Part shown: positions 1 to 11,500 of the stretch, piece after piece
Layout of the letters: the number at the start of each line of letters is the position of its first letter
Numbering within the stretch: position 1 is the first letter of the stretch
Assembly (NCBI GenBank): GCA_030248215.1
Contig: JASANG010000753.1
Location: forward strand, 248,001-312,000
From: Enoplolaimus lenunculus
Taxonomy: Eukaryota
Direction: 5' to 3'
Length of the DNA stretch: 64,000 nucleotides
Translations under genes and position numbers: made by a program
The notes under the pieces: generated by a model
Seen by the model: only the letters and a program-made list of their open reading frames with translations
Database searches by the model: none
What the model was told of the DNA's origin: nothing

Positions 1-36
1 TGTTGAACTACAAAACTTAAAATTATAGATTCGCAG

Positions 37-1791
37 ATGGCAAAACTTCTAAACCCAGCTGGTTCGCGCCCTTCGCTCCTTTATGGGTTACCAAAAACCC
101 ATAAAGAAGGAGTTCCCGTTCGGCCTATAATGTCGGCAGTCGGTTCGGCTTGTCATAATCTTGCTCGCTGGATCGATAGCATTTTGAAACCCTTGAGTAG
201 TGGTAAGTACTCGGTTCAGTCTTCGTTTGAATTTGTTAAGGAAATTTTACAACAAGATGCTGGTAACGGAGTGATGGTATCGTTTGATGTATCATCACTC
301 TTTACCAGCATCCCTCTTTTTGAAACTATTCAAATAATCTCTACGGCGGTAAAAAATAAAAAATTAGAAACCGTTATTCCGCATGATCTTCTGATCAAAG
401 CTGTAAAACTCTGCACCACTGATTTTAAATTTCTTTTCAATGGGGCTGTTTATAAACAAATCGATGGAGTGGCCATGGGGTCGCCCCTCGGGCCAGTCCT
501 CGCAAATGTTTTTATGGTTCAGTTTGAAAATGAAATTTTTGCCAAAACACCGGTAAATTGTGGGCCCAGGTTTTATCGTCGATATGTTGATGATACCTTT
601 GCTCTGTTTGATAGTTTCGAATTAGCTCATAATTTCCTATCTATTTTGAATAGTCACCATCCGAAAATTAAATTTACAATTGAGACCGAAAAAGAATGCA
701 AATTAGCATTTTTGGACGTTTCAATTCAACGTGATCCCCTGATTAAAAAGTTCTCAACTTCAATATACAGGAAACCTACATACTCTAATCAAATTATGAA
801 TTTTAGTACTTTCATTCCTAAAAGATTCAAAATTAACTTAATTGAATGCTTACTATACCGTTGTTTTGCAATTAGTTCTAGTCAGCATTTAATTCAAGAA
901 GAGCTATATTTCCTAAAGAATTTGTTTACTATAAACGGTTTCCCGGTTAAGGTTTTTAATATGGCAACGAAAAATTTCTTTAATAGAAAATTTCGTTGCG
1001 ATATATTTCCTCGATCGCTGAACCAATTCTTATCGAATGAATGGCGTGATAATTCTTTACAGAATAGTTCGGACATTCATTCTTATGAAACGTTTAATTT
1101 AGGCTCACAATTTTCATCGACCTCAACTTCTACCTCAGTTACACAGTCTACTGGTAGTTCTTGGATAACGTCGTACAATGCCACGCAAGAATCGACCAGT
1201 AACAAAGCTCAAGAAACAGCAGTTAACGCCGTCCCGGCAAATGGACAGGTAGTTACAAAGCCTGTGTTTCTAATTTTAAAGCTTCCATTTCTGGGTTCGC
1301 ACTCAGCATACCTGAAAAGATGTTTAAGTAATTTATTTAAAAAACATTTTAATGCACCAAATATAGTTTTTAGAATTGTATTTAAAAATTATAGCAGTCT
1401 GGCTAAAATGTTTAAGTTTAAGGATCCGATACCTGACGTCTTGCGTTCAAATGTGATTTATAATTTTACCTGTCCTAACTGTCAGTTAGGCTATGTTGGT
1501 GCTACAAATCGCCAACTTTACCGTCGCATTTGTGAGCACCGCCAGGTTTCTGACAGAACAAATATCTCAACCAATTCAACTTTAAAAATGTCCTCAGCTA
1601 TTTCAAATCATTGTTCTAGTTCAGGACACAATTGTAACGTTTCTGATTTCTGTATAATTGATAGTTGGCCCATAAATTCTTCACATCGGTTCAGTAATGC
1701 GCTTCACATTTTAGAATCAGTGCATATTCGCAATCGCGATCCTAAATTGAACGTCCAGTCAAATTGTTTCCAGTTTAGAATATTCACCTAA
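37..1791 (+). mobile_element. Penelope-like retroelement ORF (reverse transcriptase + C-terminal GIY-YIG endonuclease), 5'-incomplete
   Basis: 584-aa ORF with PLE RT motifs (LYGLPKTHK, RPIMS, SFDVSSLFTSIP, QIDGVAMGSPLGP, RYVDD, LAFLDV, IYRKPT) and a C-terminal GIY-YIG with CCHH (VIYNFTCPNC..YVG.T.R.L..RICEH..SAI..H....H..ES..I....P.LN). In-frame TGA at 4-6; (TA)n begins about 40 nt after the stop. Confidence 0.95.
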
Positions 1792-1825
1792 AAATAGTAT
1801 ATCACGTTGTGACTCGGTCTATCTG

Positions 1826-1828
<3 letters not shown>

Positions 1829-1889
<61 letters not shown>

Positions 1890-1908
1890 TATATATTTAT
1901 ATTATATA
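1829..1908. repeat. (TA)n microsatellite at the 3' end of the PLE
   Basis: Directly visible TA dinucleotide run. Confidence 0.95.
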
Positions 1909-2173
1909 TTCGAAATAATGGAATCAGTTTTATCATAAAAAATTTCAATTTCTAAAAAACCATTTAACCTCTAAATGGTCAGGCAAACGATGTTTAATAG
2001 AAAAGAATAAAAACGAATTTCAAAGGATACGACATCTTTAATTGTTTTTAAACAATCTAAATCGTTACTGGTGCAGGCAGCAAGCATTGTATTTCGAGAA
2101 GATGTGTCTTCTTCTTATAAAAGTTGCATACAACAAATTATTTCCATAATTCAGCCTGTAATATTCTAAATTT

Positions 2174-2349
2174 GGCCCATGTTACTTTAAGCGGCGTCCA
2201 GGTTTCTGATGGGTCTATAAAAGAGAAGGTTTAGATTCTACAGTACTGTTTTGGCTTAAGCTTAGGCTTAGGAACACATTTTTGCAACGTTTCGGCTTTG
2301 ACTTAGGAATACGCTTAATCTACTGTTACGTCCCTAAAAATAACTGGCC
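2174..2349 (+). mobile_element. TTAGGC-array MITE family B copy
   Basis: Left TIR GGCCCATGTTACTTTAAG; TSD CTAAATTT/CTAAATTC. Other copies at about 15416-15610, 24808-24981, 47066-47259 (-), 48217-48483 (-), 53420-53592. Confidence 0.85.
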
Positions 2350-3050
2350 CTAAATTCTGTAAAAGAACATTAATATTCCTATATGTACCTCCCCTGTGTG
2401 CGATTGCAGACCACCCCCCTGCATATTAGTTTATTCTTAAGAAGACACAGCTATCAAACGGCGACAAATTAAAGTTATTGTCAATTTACCATCAATAAAA
2501 TTATCTTTTCTCTTATTTTTGAGTAACAAAAATGAATTGTAAAAATAAATGAATAAGAAAATAACATAAAATGTTACGTAAAAAAAATTACATATTAAAC
2601 GCGTGTTGCCGCATAACACCGCAATCGGAATTGCTCACGGTGTCAGCGTAACAGCGGCGACGGCGTGTTTAAGCCACGATTCGGGGTCGAAATCGACTCA
2701 TCTGAACAACAGTGAGTAAATTTTTTTAACCTTTACGATTCAGAAGGTTACTGTAATACCGGTTGCTTGTTGGATTTTTAGAAATATTGTCGTTGAATAT
2801 TGGTCTTGAATGCTCGCAAACACCCCGTGAAAATAGGGGCTCGGGGGAGTTCGGCGGCGACACTCTTAACAGCCATGAATTATAAAATTGAATTGAAAAT
2901 AGATATCAATTACTTTGCGCTATTTGTTGTCAGACGACGGTGCGAAAGTTCGAGGTTAATGATATCGTTTTGTGATCAAGTCAACGAACTCTTTTTTTTT
3001 CTTATTGCTATCAATTTGTTTATTGTTATTTTATTTTTTACCCCAAGTTT

Positions 3051-3305
3051 GGCCCGCGTATAGAACAGGGCCGGATCGTTTTCCCCGGCGCGGCTGTAAT
3101 CGAATCAGTTTAAGCTTTAGACTAACTTTTTTTGCTTAGGCTTAGGCTTAGGCTTGGACTTAGGCTTAGGGATTGGCTCATCCATACGCTTTGGTTTAGG
3201 CTTTAGGCTTAGGCTTAGGAATAGGCTCATTCATACGCTTTGGCTTAGGCTTAGGCTTAGGAATATGCTTATACTACTGTTACAGCTCTGTTTTATACAT
3301 TGATT
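3051..3305 (+). mobile_element. TTAGGC-array MITE family A copy
   Basis: TIR-like ends, internal TTAGGC; flanks CCAAGTTT/CGAAGTTT (8-bp TSD, 1 mismatch). Confidence 0.85.
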
Positions 3306-4534
3306 CGAAGTTTTATATGCAACTTCCAAAATATCCAGGACCAGAGCAGCCGATTTCGCCCGTACCCTCGATTTAGCGGCCCAAACCCTGAAGACAGGTC
3401 CCCACCCTAACAAGATTTCAAACAAAAAAACATGAAAAATATTTTGATCATTGGAAGTGGCGTCCACCACGGAATTGTGGGTGGATCACCCACCCTAGCT
3501 TGCCTCGACACTGGCAATATCATGCGTACCCCAGGTAACTTTCGTTGCGATGGATGATTGACCCTGAAGCTTTTTTTCAGCTTCAGAGTACCCAGCACAG
3601 TTAAGTTTCAGCGAAGCTTTTTTATATTTCGAAAGGTTAACCTGAAAAGCATTTTTTTCGCTAACCAGCGTAGCGAACCAGGAAAATATGACGGACGTTT
3701 TGTATCCAGCAGGATTAAATTATTCTCAAACCTTTTAAAAGTACTTTTGTGTCGTTTCGAAAAATTGCGGAATGATTTTCTACGCGGTCCTGGTTACTTT
3801 TTTGTAAACTCTTATCTCGGGATCAGACGGACACTTCGCCTCACCAGTTGCGGGATAATTTAGTTATAGAAATTGCACGCTGGTCTCATCGCAATCAGCA
3901 TTTTTGCACCCAAAATAGTATCTCTGATATTTGAGAAAAAATTTCTTACATTGAAGAAATTTAATTAGCAAAGTGCACTTGAAAAGCATTTCTGTGATAA
4001 CAGAAAAGCTTTCAAAAAACGTTTTGAAATAAAGTCTGAAAATAAACGTGTTCCAGTTATTTTTAGAATAATTGTTTTAAATATCAAAAAAACTTTTCAC
4101 ATTTGGCACAGAAAATGTTTTTCTGAATAAATTCAGAAATCGTTTTTTGCGTTAAGGTCTGTGACATCAGCTTACAAAAAAATTTTCGCGTTTTGACTTT
4201 TTTACAAAATGGAGCCCAAGATTTGCTATTCAATTTTGAAACATATTTGTTTGCGGTTTAAGACAAATTGTTTGAAATTTTAAGAAATTGTTTATCCGAA
4301 TAAGTTGGGGAGATAAGGTGAGGGGCGGAAAGTTTTTCTGTGGGACTGCAATAGAGTACAAGCTTTAAGACTAATTTTTTGCTTGGCTTAGGCTGGCTTA
4401 GATTTAGGCTTAGGAATATGCTTAGAATACTGTTTAGCCCCTGTTCTTTACATTGGTCTGAGTCTGAATCAATACGAGTCTATATCTCTAACTAGAATCT
4501 GCAAATGGATAAGGTCCAAAATTACTACTTCGTC

Positions 4535-4713
4535 GGCCCATGTATGGAACAGGGCCGGATCGTTATCCTTAGGGGTTATAATAGAGTCAGTTTAAGCTTT
4601 AGACTAATTTTTTTGCTTAGGCTTAGGCTTAGGGTTAGGCTTAGGCTTAGGCTTAGACATAAGCTTAGGAATATGCTTATACTACTGTTTCGACCCTGTT
4701 CTATACATGGGCC
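4535..4713 (+). mobile_element. TTAGGC-array MITE family A copy
   Basis: GGCCCATGTATGGAACAGGG...CCCTGTTCTATACATGGGCC; TSD ACTTCGTC/ACTTAGTC. Confidence 0.9.
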
Positions 4714-5050
4714 ACTTAGTCTATAAACCTCAATTAACACATTAGATTGGGTAAATGTTTCCTAGACCATGTGAAGCTCAGAACAAAATATAATTCACTA
4801 CTCGATGTATATCCTACCTAGCAGCATACTCAAGTGTTAAAAGTATATCAGAGAATAATGAACTTTGAACTATAGAAAATGGCTGATAAGGGTTAAAGGT
4901 ATCGGGTCCAAATAACTTCAGCTCGGGTGCCGGAGGCTTCTCTGCTTCTGCCAAAGTTTAGTCTCATGAAGACATAGAAATTCCAGATCTATCCTACTGT
5001 TTATATACGCCTGTGGTGATCACAAATTTTTAACCACAAATTACTTCAAG

Positions 5051-5364
5051 CAAGAGTGGATGATGCATACTCCAACAAGAGTATGCAACTGGGAACATTC
5101 TGTGTAGAACAAAAATGTACCCGGCACGCGGTGCGGTTTTGCCTTACCCCCCTTATTTAGAGTGGGGGGTACAACCAATGCGAACTTTGGCACTTTATGT
5201 ATGCAGCGTCAAACATGATCCCTTATAGTTTAATTTAGGGGTATTCGTGTGATAGCGACCCCCGCTAAACAAGGTGGGGGTTGGACGAAACCGCAACGCC
5301 CGGTGGTACATTTTGTACCATATGGAACCCCAAGAGTTACACACTCTTGTATTATGCACTCTTG
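5051..5364 (+). mobile_element. MITE family E (CAAGAGTG termini, 7-bp TSD; P-element-like)
   Basis: TIR CAAGAGTG/CACTCTTG with a subterminal repeat of the motif; TSD CTTCAAG/CTTAAAG. Copy 9145-9431 has ATCATAC/ATCATAG. Others at about 12403-12701, 27116-27431 (-), 43940-44466. Confidence 0.8.
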
Positions 5365-5471
5365 CTTAAAGTTATTAGAAATTAGAATTTTTAAACAAAA
5401 TTCTGTGAACAAATCTTTGTTTTTCATTTTGAGAAACTCAGATTCTGAGTTTTCTGTTTTTAGATTTTGTG

Positions 5472-5545
5472 ATGTTGACCAGCGTTGTTTCTATATTGAT
5501 GATAATAGCAATAGTTTTCTGTGAGCTTCTAATTTTGGCCAATGG
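5472..5545 (+). CDS. First coding exon: signal peptide [25 protein letters not shown]
   Basis: Hydrophobic N-terminus; acceptor TTTTTAG 8 nt upstream of the ATG; GTAAGT donor at 5546. Confidence 0.7.
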
Positions 5546-8500
5546 GTAAGTGATACCTATTACCAGGCTTGCATGTTCACTTTGAACCAGACAGCGCTTT
5601 CTTTGGCTGTAAGGGCACGTGTAAGATAAGGGGTGGAGCGATATTGTGCGACACTGAAATAGAGTAAGCTTAAGCTTTAGATTAATTCTTTTGCTTTTAG
5701 GTTTGGGCTTAGGCTTGGGAATACGCTCATTCGTACGCTTAGGCTTCGGCTTAGGCTGAGGCTTAGGCTTAGGCTGAGGCGTAGGCTTAGGCTTAGGCTT
5801 AGGCTTAGGCTTAGGCGTAGGCTTAGGTTTAGGCTTAGGTTTAGGTATATGCTCATTCTTACGCTTATGCTTCGACGTAGGCTTAGGCTTAGGCTTAGGC
5901 TTAGGAATACGTTTATACTACTGTTACGCCCCTGTTCTTCACATTTGCTGCTGTAAGAAAGTTAATTTAGGTTGCAAAAAAATTAATTTTTCTCAGCAAC
6001 CCACCCAATGGTACTTGTATGACAACTAGAAAAGTAAAGCATATCAAGATTAGGAAAAATATAAGTGGGTGTACCCCCCTATTTATCTGAAAACATTGTT
6101 AAGCTTGTTGAATTTGCTATTATTGGATTTTTTACAATAAGTATTATAAATGTTACCTCAAGTTTTAACCCTTTCTCACATGACTACTTTTATGCTAGGA
6201 TTCGAACTCCAGTGACTGGAGTGGGAGGCGTGTACCATCACCACTCAGCTATAGGAGCTTCACGCTCGAGGCCGAGGGGGCTCTCACATCTTGTGGTGAT
6301 TTGGTACTATGTATACGTGTTGCAATTGTTAAACACGGTGCGATATATTATTTACCGTATATACACTGCGCTGGGTTGCCTATAGGCAACTCAATGTGAG
6401 AAGGGGTTATAGATAGTAAACTAAAAAGTTTGAAACAAACAGAAGCTCTTGGAGCTGGGTATATCCATACAGGTCACCCGTGTCTGAATGCCCTACTTTT
6501 ATGCTAGGATTCGAACTCCAGTGACTGGAGTGGGAAGCGTATACCATCACCAATCAGCTATAGGAGCTTGATGCTCGAACCCGAGGGGGCTCTCACGTGT
6601 TATGGTGATTTAGTACTATGTATACGTGTTGCAATTGTTAAACACGGTGCGATATATATTATTTACCTTATATACACTGCGCTGAGTTGCCTATAGGCAA
6701 CTCAATATGAGAATGGGTTAATTACATTTTGCTTAACAACAAATAAGTAAAATATATGATATACTGTCTGCTCAGAGTAAAGCACTGATCTGATATATAA
6801 ATGGAATTTTAAAATTTAACTATTTTAAAATTAAATTTAACTTTTTTTAAGAATTACAACTCGAAGATTTGCCATGAACTTGCCAGTTCGAGCTACTTTT
6901 GCTATCGAAACTCCGAAGCAAAAAGTAGAAAATGCCGATATCAGTTCATCTTTGCAGAAAAATTCAGGTTTATTACTACATATACATATGTCGTAGGCCA
7001 ATCTGCTATTCAAGCTAATTACCAATTGTCCTATGCCAATCTGCTATTCTGAGCAAATTAACAGTTCGGAATAGGCCAAATAGCGATTGTGAGATGTAGC
7101 AAAACAACAGATATATAAAACCAACGCTGATTGGTTAACGGTTTTGCGTATATCAAAATAACCAGGTCTGGTTGGTCTCTAAGTTCAGTAGCAAGTTTAG
7201 CCTAGGACATACTGCTAATATATGCTATAGCAAATCGGACTAGGCTAATCATAGCCTGAAATTAAGGTTTTCCTACGATATCAATTAAAATCAAATTTCA
7301 ACTCTACTACACTTACGAATTTTGGATTTTTAAGCTGTTGTTGTTTGTGAATTGTATAAAAATTACTAAAAATACAAATTTTATTAACCAACGTTAGTTG
7401 CTATTTTTTAAACAGCAAGAGTTGTCATCTGTTGCCAATGTCAATACGATGTTTTACCAGCTTTTATACTTAACTTTACGTTTCAGCAAATTTCAACCAG
7501 AACAAACAGGACATTTGCAAATAATAAGAAATTAGTTTCATTTACGGACACTTTTTTTTTTAAATTCTAAATTTAAGAATGTGGTCCGAGATCACAGCCA
7601 GATTATTGTTGAAATTAATTTTTTTTTTAATTAAGGGTTGCGCCACACTAGTCGGCCGACGCCGGAAACCGCCGTACGCCGCCGTACGCCGCCGGATGCC
7701 GGCGTGCGGCACGGTAAATATTTTGTTGCCTACCGTTGGAAGCCGCCGCGCGCTGGCGCAAGGCAATTCAAAATATTTTATTAAAAAAGGCGGGCGGGGG
7801 GGGGGGCTGGCGTCCGGCCCGTCCCCGCGGCGGCGCGGCGGCGCCGCGCCGGCTCGCCGCGGCGGCGCGCGGCGCGCGGGCGCGGCGGCGGGCGCGCCGC
7901 GCCCCCCCGCGGGCGCGCGCCGGGGCCCGCGCCAGGGGGGGGCGCGCCGGCGGCCCCGGCGGGCGGGGCGGCGGCGGGGGGGGCGCGCCGGCGGCCCCGG
8001 CGGCGTCTTTTATTAAAGGGGGGGGCGCGCCGCGCCCGCGGCGCCAATGGCATGCGGTGGCGTGCGGCTGGCGTCCGGCTTGTACACGGCGGCGTCCGGT
8101 GGCGTGCGGCAAGGCGGCGTGCGGCGGCACGCTGCGGCGTCCGACGACGTAGCGCAACCGTAAATTTTTTAAATTTCAGATTTATGTTCAACTCAACGTC
8201 CGTTTCACGTTGTCATCGTTGTCGACGGGTCGTCCAGCATTGGATCGAGTCATTTTGAGGAAATGAAACACTTTTTGACTCAATTTGTGTCCAAAATGCC
8301 TGATCGGGTCAATGTGTCGCTGTTACAGTTTGGATATGTGGCTCGGTGGGAATTTCAAGCCGGCGGCGTTGTTCAAACTAAACATGACGTCATAGGTACT
8401 TCGACCGATAGACAACTAGGAATTGTTAGTAAAGTACTTAAGCAGAAACATTCTGGAACAGTGAGAATTTTTATAACATAGAATTTGTTAATGCTGTAAA

Positions 8501-11500
8501 AAAATTTTTTGTTCAAGGGGGGCTAAGATGTCCCTTGTAAAGGTGGTTTCCCCATTTCTGGCCCATTCGTAGTTTTAGATGGGTCGACATTAAAGCTCAA
8601 CAAAATCTAACTTCGCCTTAGAACAAAGACTAAGGAACTTTTTGAAAAAATTATCTTTCTCAAAACTAAGAATCATATATTTTGAATTTTAGACGCCATT
8701 CAAAAAATAGACTATCTTAACAGTGGTTGGACGTTTACTCTTCGCGCTCTTGACAAAGCAACCAATTGGCTTCGAGAACTACAGAAACTATCAACAATTG
8801 ACCAATCGCATCAGTCGTATTTGTTAGTCTTAACAGACGGAAACGCTGCCGATTGGACACATAAAAGTGACGCAATATTGGACCAATTGCATTCATCAGT
8901 AAGAAAACAATGGACTATTTTAGAGGGCTCGTGGATGCAGGATCTCAAAATCTTTAGGTTTTTTTTGACAATTACCAGTGGTTTAGGTAGGAATACAGTT
9001 CAGGAGGATATATCGTTATGTAGAAAATATCTAATCTCTTGTATTCCGGATGTTATTAAAGCCTGTTAAAATTACTCTTGTATCTCCAGAAATTTCGGGA
9101 AGAGATAACGGTCAACGTTGGAAATTTTTATCACTATATCATACCAAGAGTGGATGACGCATACTTCAACAAGAGTACGCAACTGGCTACATGTGTAGAA
9201 AAGAATGTACCCGGCACGCGTTGCGTTTTTGCCGCCCCCCCCCCCCCTTATTTACAGAGGGGGCACAACGTGTTCGATCCATGACACTGTATTTATGCGG
9301 CATCAAACATGCTTCACATATAGATTAATTTAGGGTATTCATGCGATACGGCCAAAAAAACAACGCCCGGTGGTATATTTTGCACCATGTGGAGCCCCAA
9401 GAGTTGCCCACTCTTGTATTATGCACTCTTGATCATAGTATTGGCAATACTGCGTTTACTGTGCACGATAAATAGTAAATAAAATGTGTAAAGCTTAAAA
9501 ATTGTCTCGCAAAGCGCAGTGCAAAATCGTCACAAGACGTTGAGAGTCGCGTCGCGCACGAGTGCCATCCTATTATAGTTGAGCGATGATGGTAAACATA
9601 TCTCTTCACATGAATATTTTCAATTTCGAATGAGACGTAATTTCAAGGTAAGATTTAAACCCTAGTCTCATGTGTGGGAGGCATTTACGATGACCACTGA
9701 GCTATGGTAGCTTGACGCTCGAGCCCGAGGGTGCTGTCACGTCTTGTGGAGGTTTTACACTGCGCATATATGTTAGAATTGTTAGCGCATAGATGTTAGA
9801 ATTGTTAAACACTGCTCATAGTGTGTGTATTGCTCGTATATTATTGTATTGCGTTTACGATGACCACTGAGCTATAGGAGCTTGACGCTCGAGCCCGAGG
9901 GTGCTGTCACGTCTTGTGGAGATTTTACACTGCGCATATATGTTACAATTGTTAAACACTGCTCATAGTGTGTGTGTATTGCTCGTATATTATTGTATTT
10001 AGTTGCTCATAGTATGCTCTATGAGTGGGAGGGTTAATTAAATTTGAGATGAAATAGAAAATATTCATGTGATAAAAGGTTAATGCTAACAGTGATAGCT
10101 AATAAATACTGTGTTTATGTTAACTTTAGGTGGCCAGTGTATTCGTTATCGGAATCGGAGACGAATTAGATGCAAACCGATTAGTGCAAATTGCACGCAA
10201 CGCATCAAACGTATTTAGTGCGCACGATTTTGTGCAATTACAGCACGTGTCATTAATTAACAATATTGCAAATAGTGTGTGCAAGACGTTGCACTACAAA
10301 ACTGCAGTCATAGCAGGTAACCGTGTGGTGTAGTGGTTGAGTGTTAAAATTTTCATCTGACAGACAACTGTTCAACTTGGTATCACGATAATTCGTCGCC
10401 CGACAACTTGTAATCGGAAATTTCATCGACTCGATAATTTGTCGTCTATAATTATGCTTAGGTTTACGCTTAGGCTTACGGTTTAGGATTATACTTAGAT
10501 TTATTCAAATTGCTTTAAGACACTGTTTCACTCACGAATGCAATACCAGACTGGGGCTTAGGTTTTAGACTAATTTTATTTCTAAATTGAACTTTTAGAT
10601 TAAAATTTTTATTTTTATAAGTAGATTTTTTTGACGGAATTTTTGTTCACACAAATTTTGATAATCATTTTCTCGGCCTCGAAGCGTACGGATGTTGAAA
10701 GACGGGCTTAACTGAAGTAAAGTTAATTTAAAATTTCAGAACATCAACTTACAACACTCAAAGCTACGAGTTCAACACTAGCCGCCTCTAAAACTAGCTT
10801 GCCGACTGTTCTGAATGCTACTTTATCGTCAGCAGCATTATTTGAAACAACGTTGCCTCCTGAGGGTATGACAAATTTTCACAGAAACCATATTTTTAAT
10901 TTTTAAATTTCAACAAAATTATTCTTTTATGAGTAATAGAACTGTATAAAACGCAAATGTTCATTAATCCGTAGAAGTAAATTGCTACTTTGGAACAATT
11001 TCCAGTGAATATTTGCACGTTTCAATTGTGTTGGCAGAAAATTAAAATGTCACTTTTATACATCAATATCCGTTTTCCGTTTACGCTTATTTTTACTATC
11101 CGTTTACAGCCTGGCATATGTATATTCTCAAATGTGTGCATCACCTATTGCCAGTTGATGATAGGTCTTGTGAAAATTTCAAACCACAGAGTGGTTATGT
11201 TCAAAAGTTAGCGCTTTGGCTTAGGCTTAGGAATATGCTTTTACTACAGTTCCGGCCCTGTTCTATACATGGGCCAGTTGGCATATACAACGAGAGAAAC
11301 AGAGTTTATACATACTCTCCGAAATGAAGACGCAAGGAAAAAAGGTTTAAAAGGGTATAAAAGTATGCTTTATACGAGGTCAGACCCCCCAAACATCCTG
11401 TCTACACCCCTACTACATCTTACTCACATTGTGATTCACATCTACTGAGTTTCGCTTGTTTGAAATCCTATTTTAACTGGTAATAGGTGCTATACACATT

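Noticed and set aside
37..1791. Naiad/Chlamys-type PLE or telomerase RT
   Set aside because: The endonuclease is C-terminal (Naiad/Chlamys have it N-terminal); TERT has no GIY-YIG domain.
2678..2706. Hammerhead ribozyme near the PLE (GTCGAAATCGACTCATCTG)
   Set aside because: The minus-strand core reads CAGATGA rather than CTGATGA, and GAAA does not follow stem II.
5740..5905. True telomere or chromosome end
   Set aside because: Short, degenerate, internal, and bounded by MITE TIRs with a perfect TSD.
6198..6258. Functional tRNA gene
   Set aside because: A and B boxes are present but there is no 3' acceptor stem or clean cloverleaf; part of a repeated element.
7560..8258. Overlapping Arg/Gly/Ala/Pro-rich ORFs
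   Set aside because: Stop-free by GC composition inside a MITE; possibly an assembly artefact.
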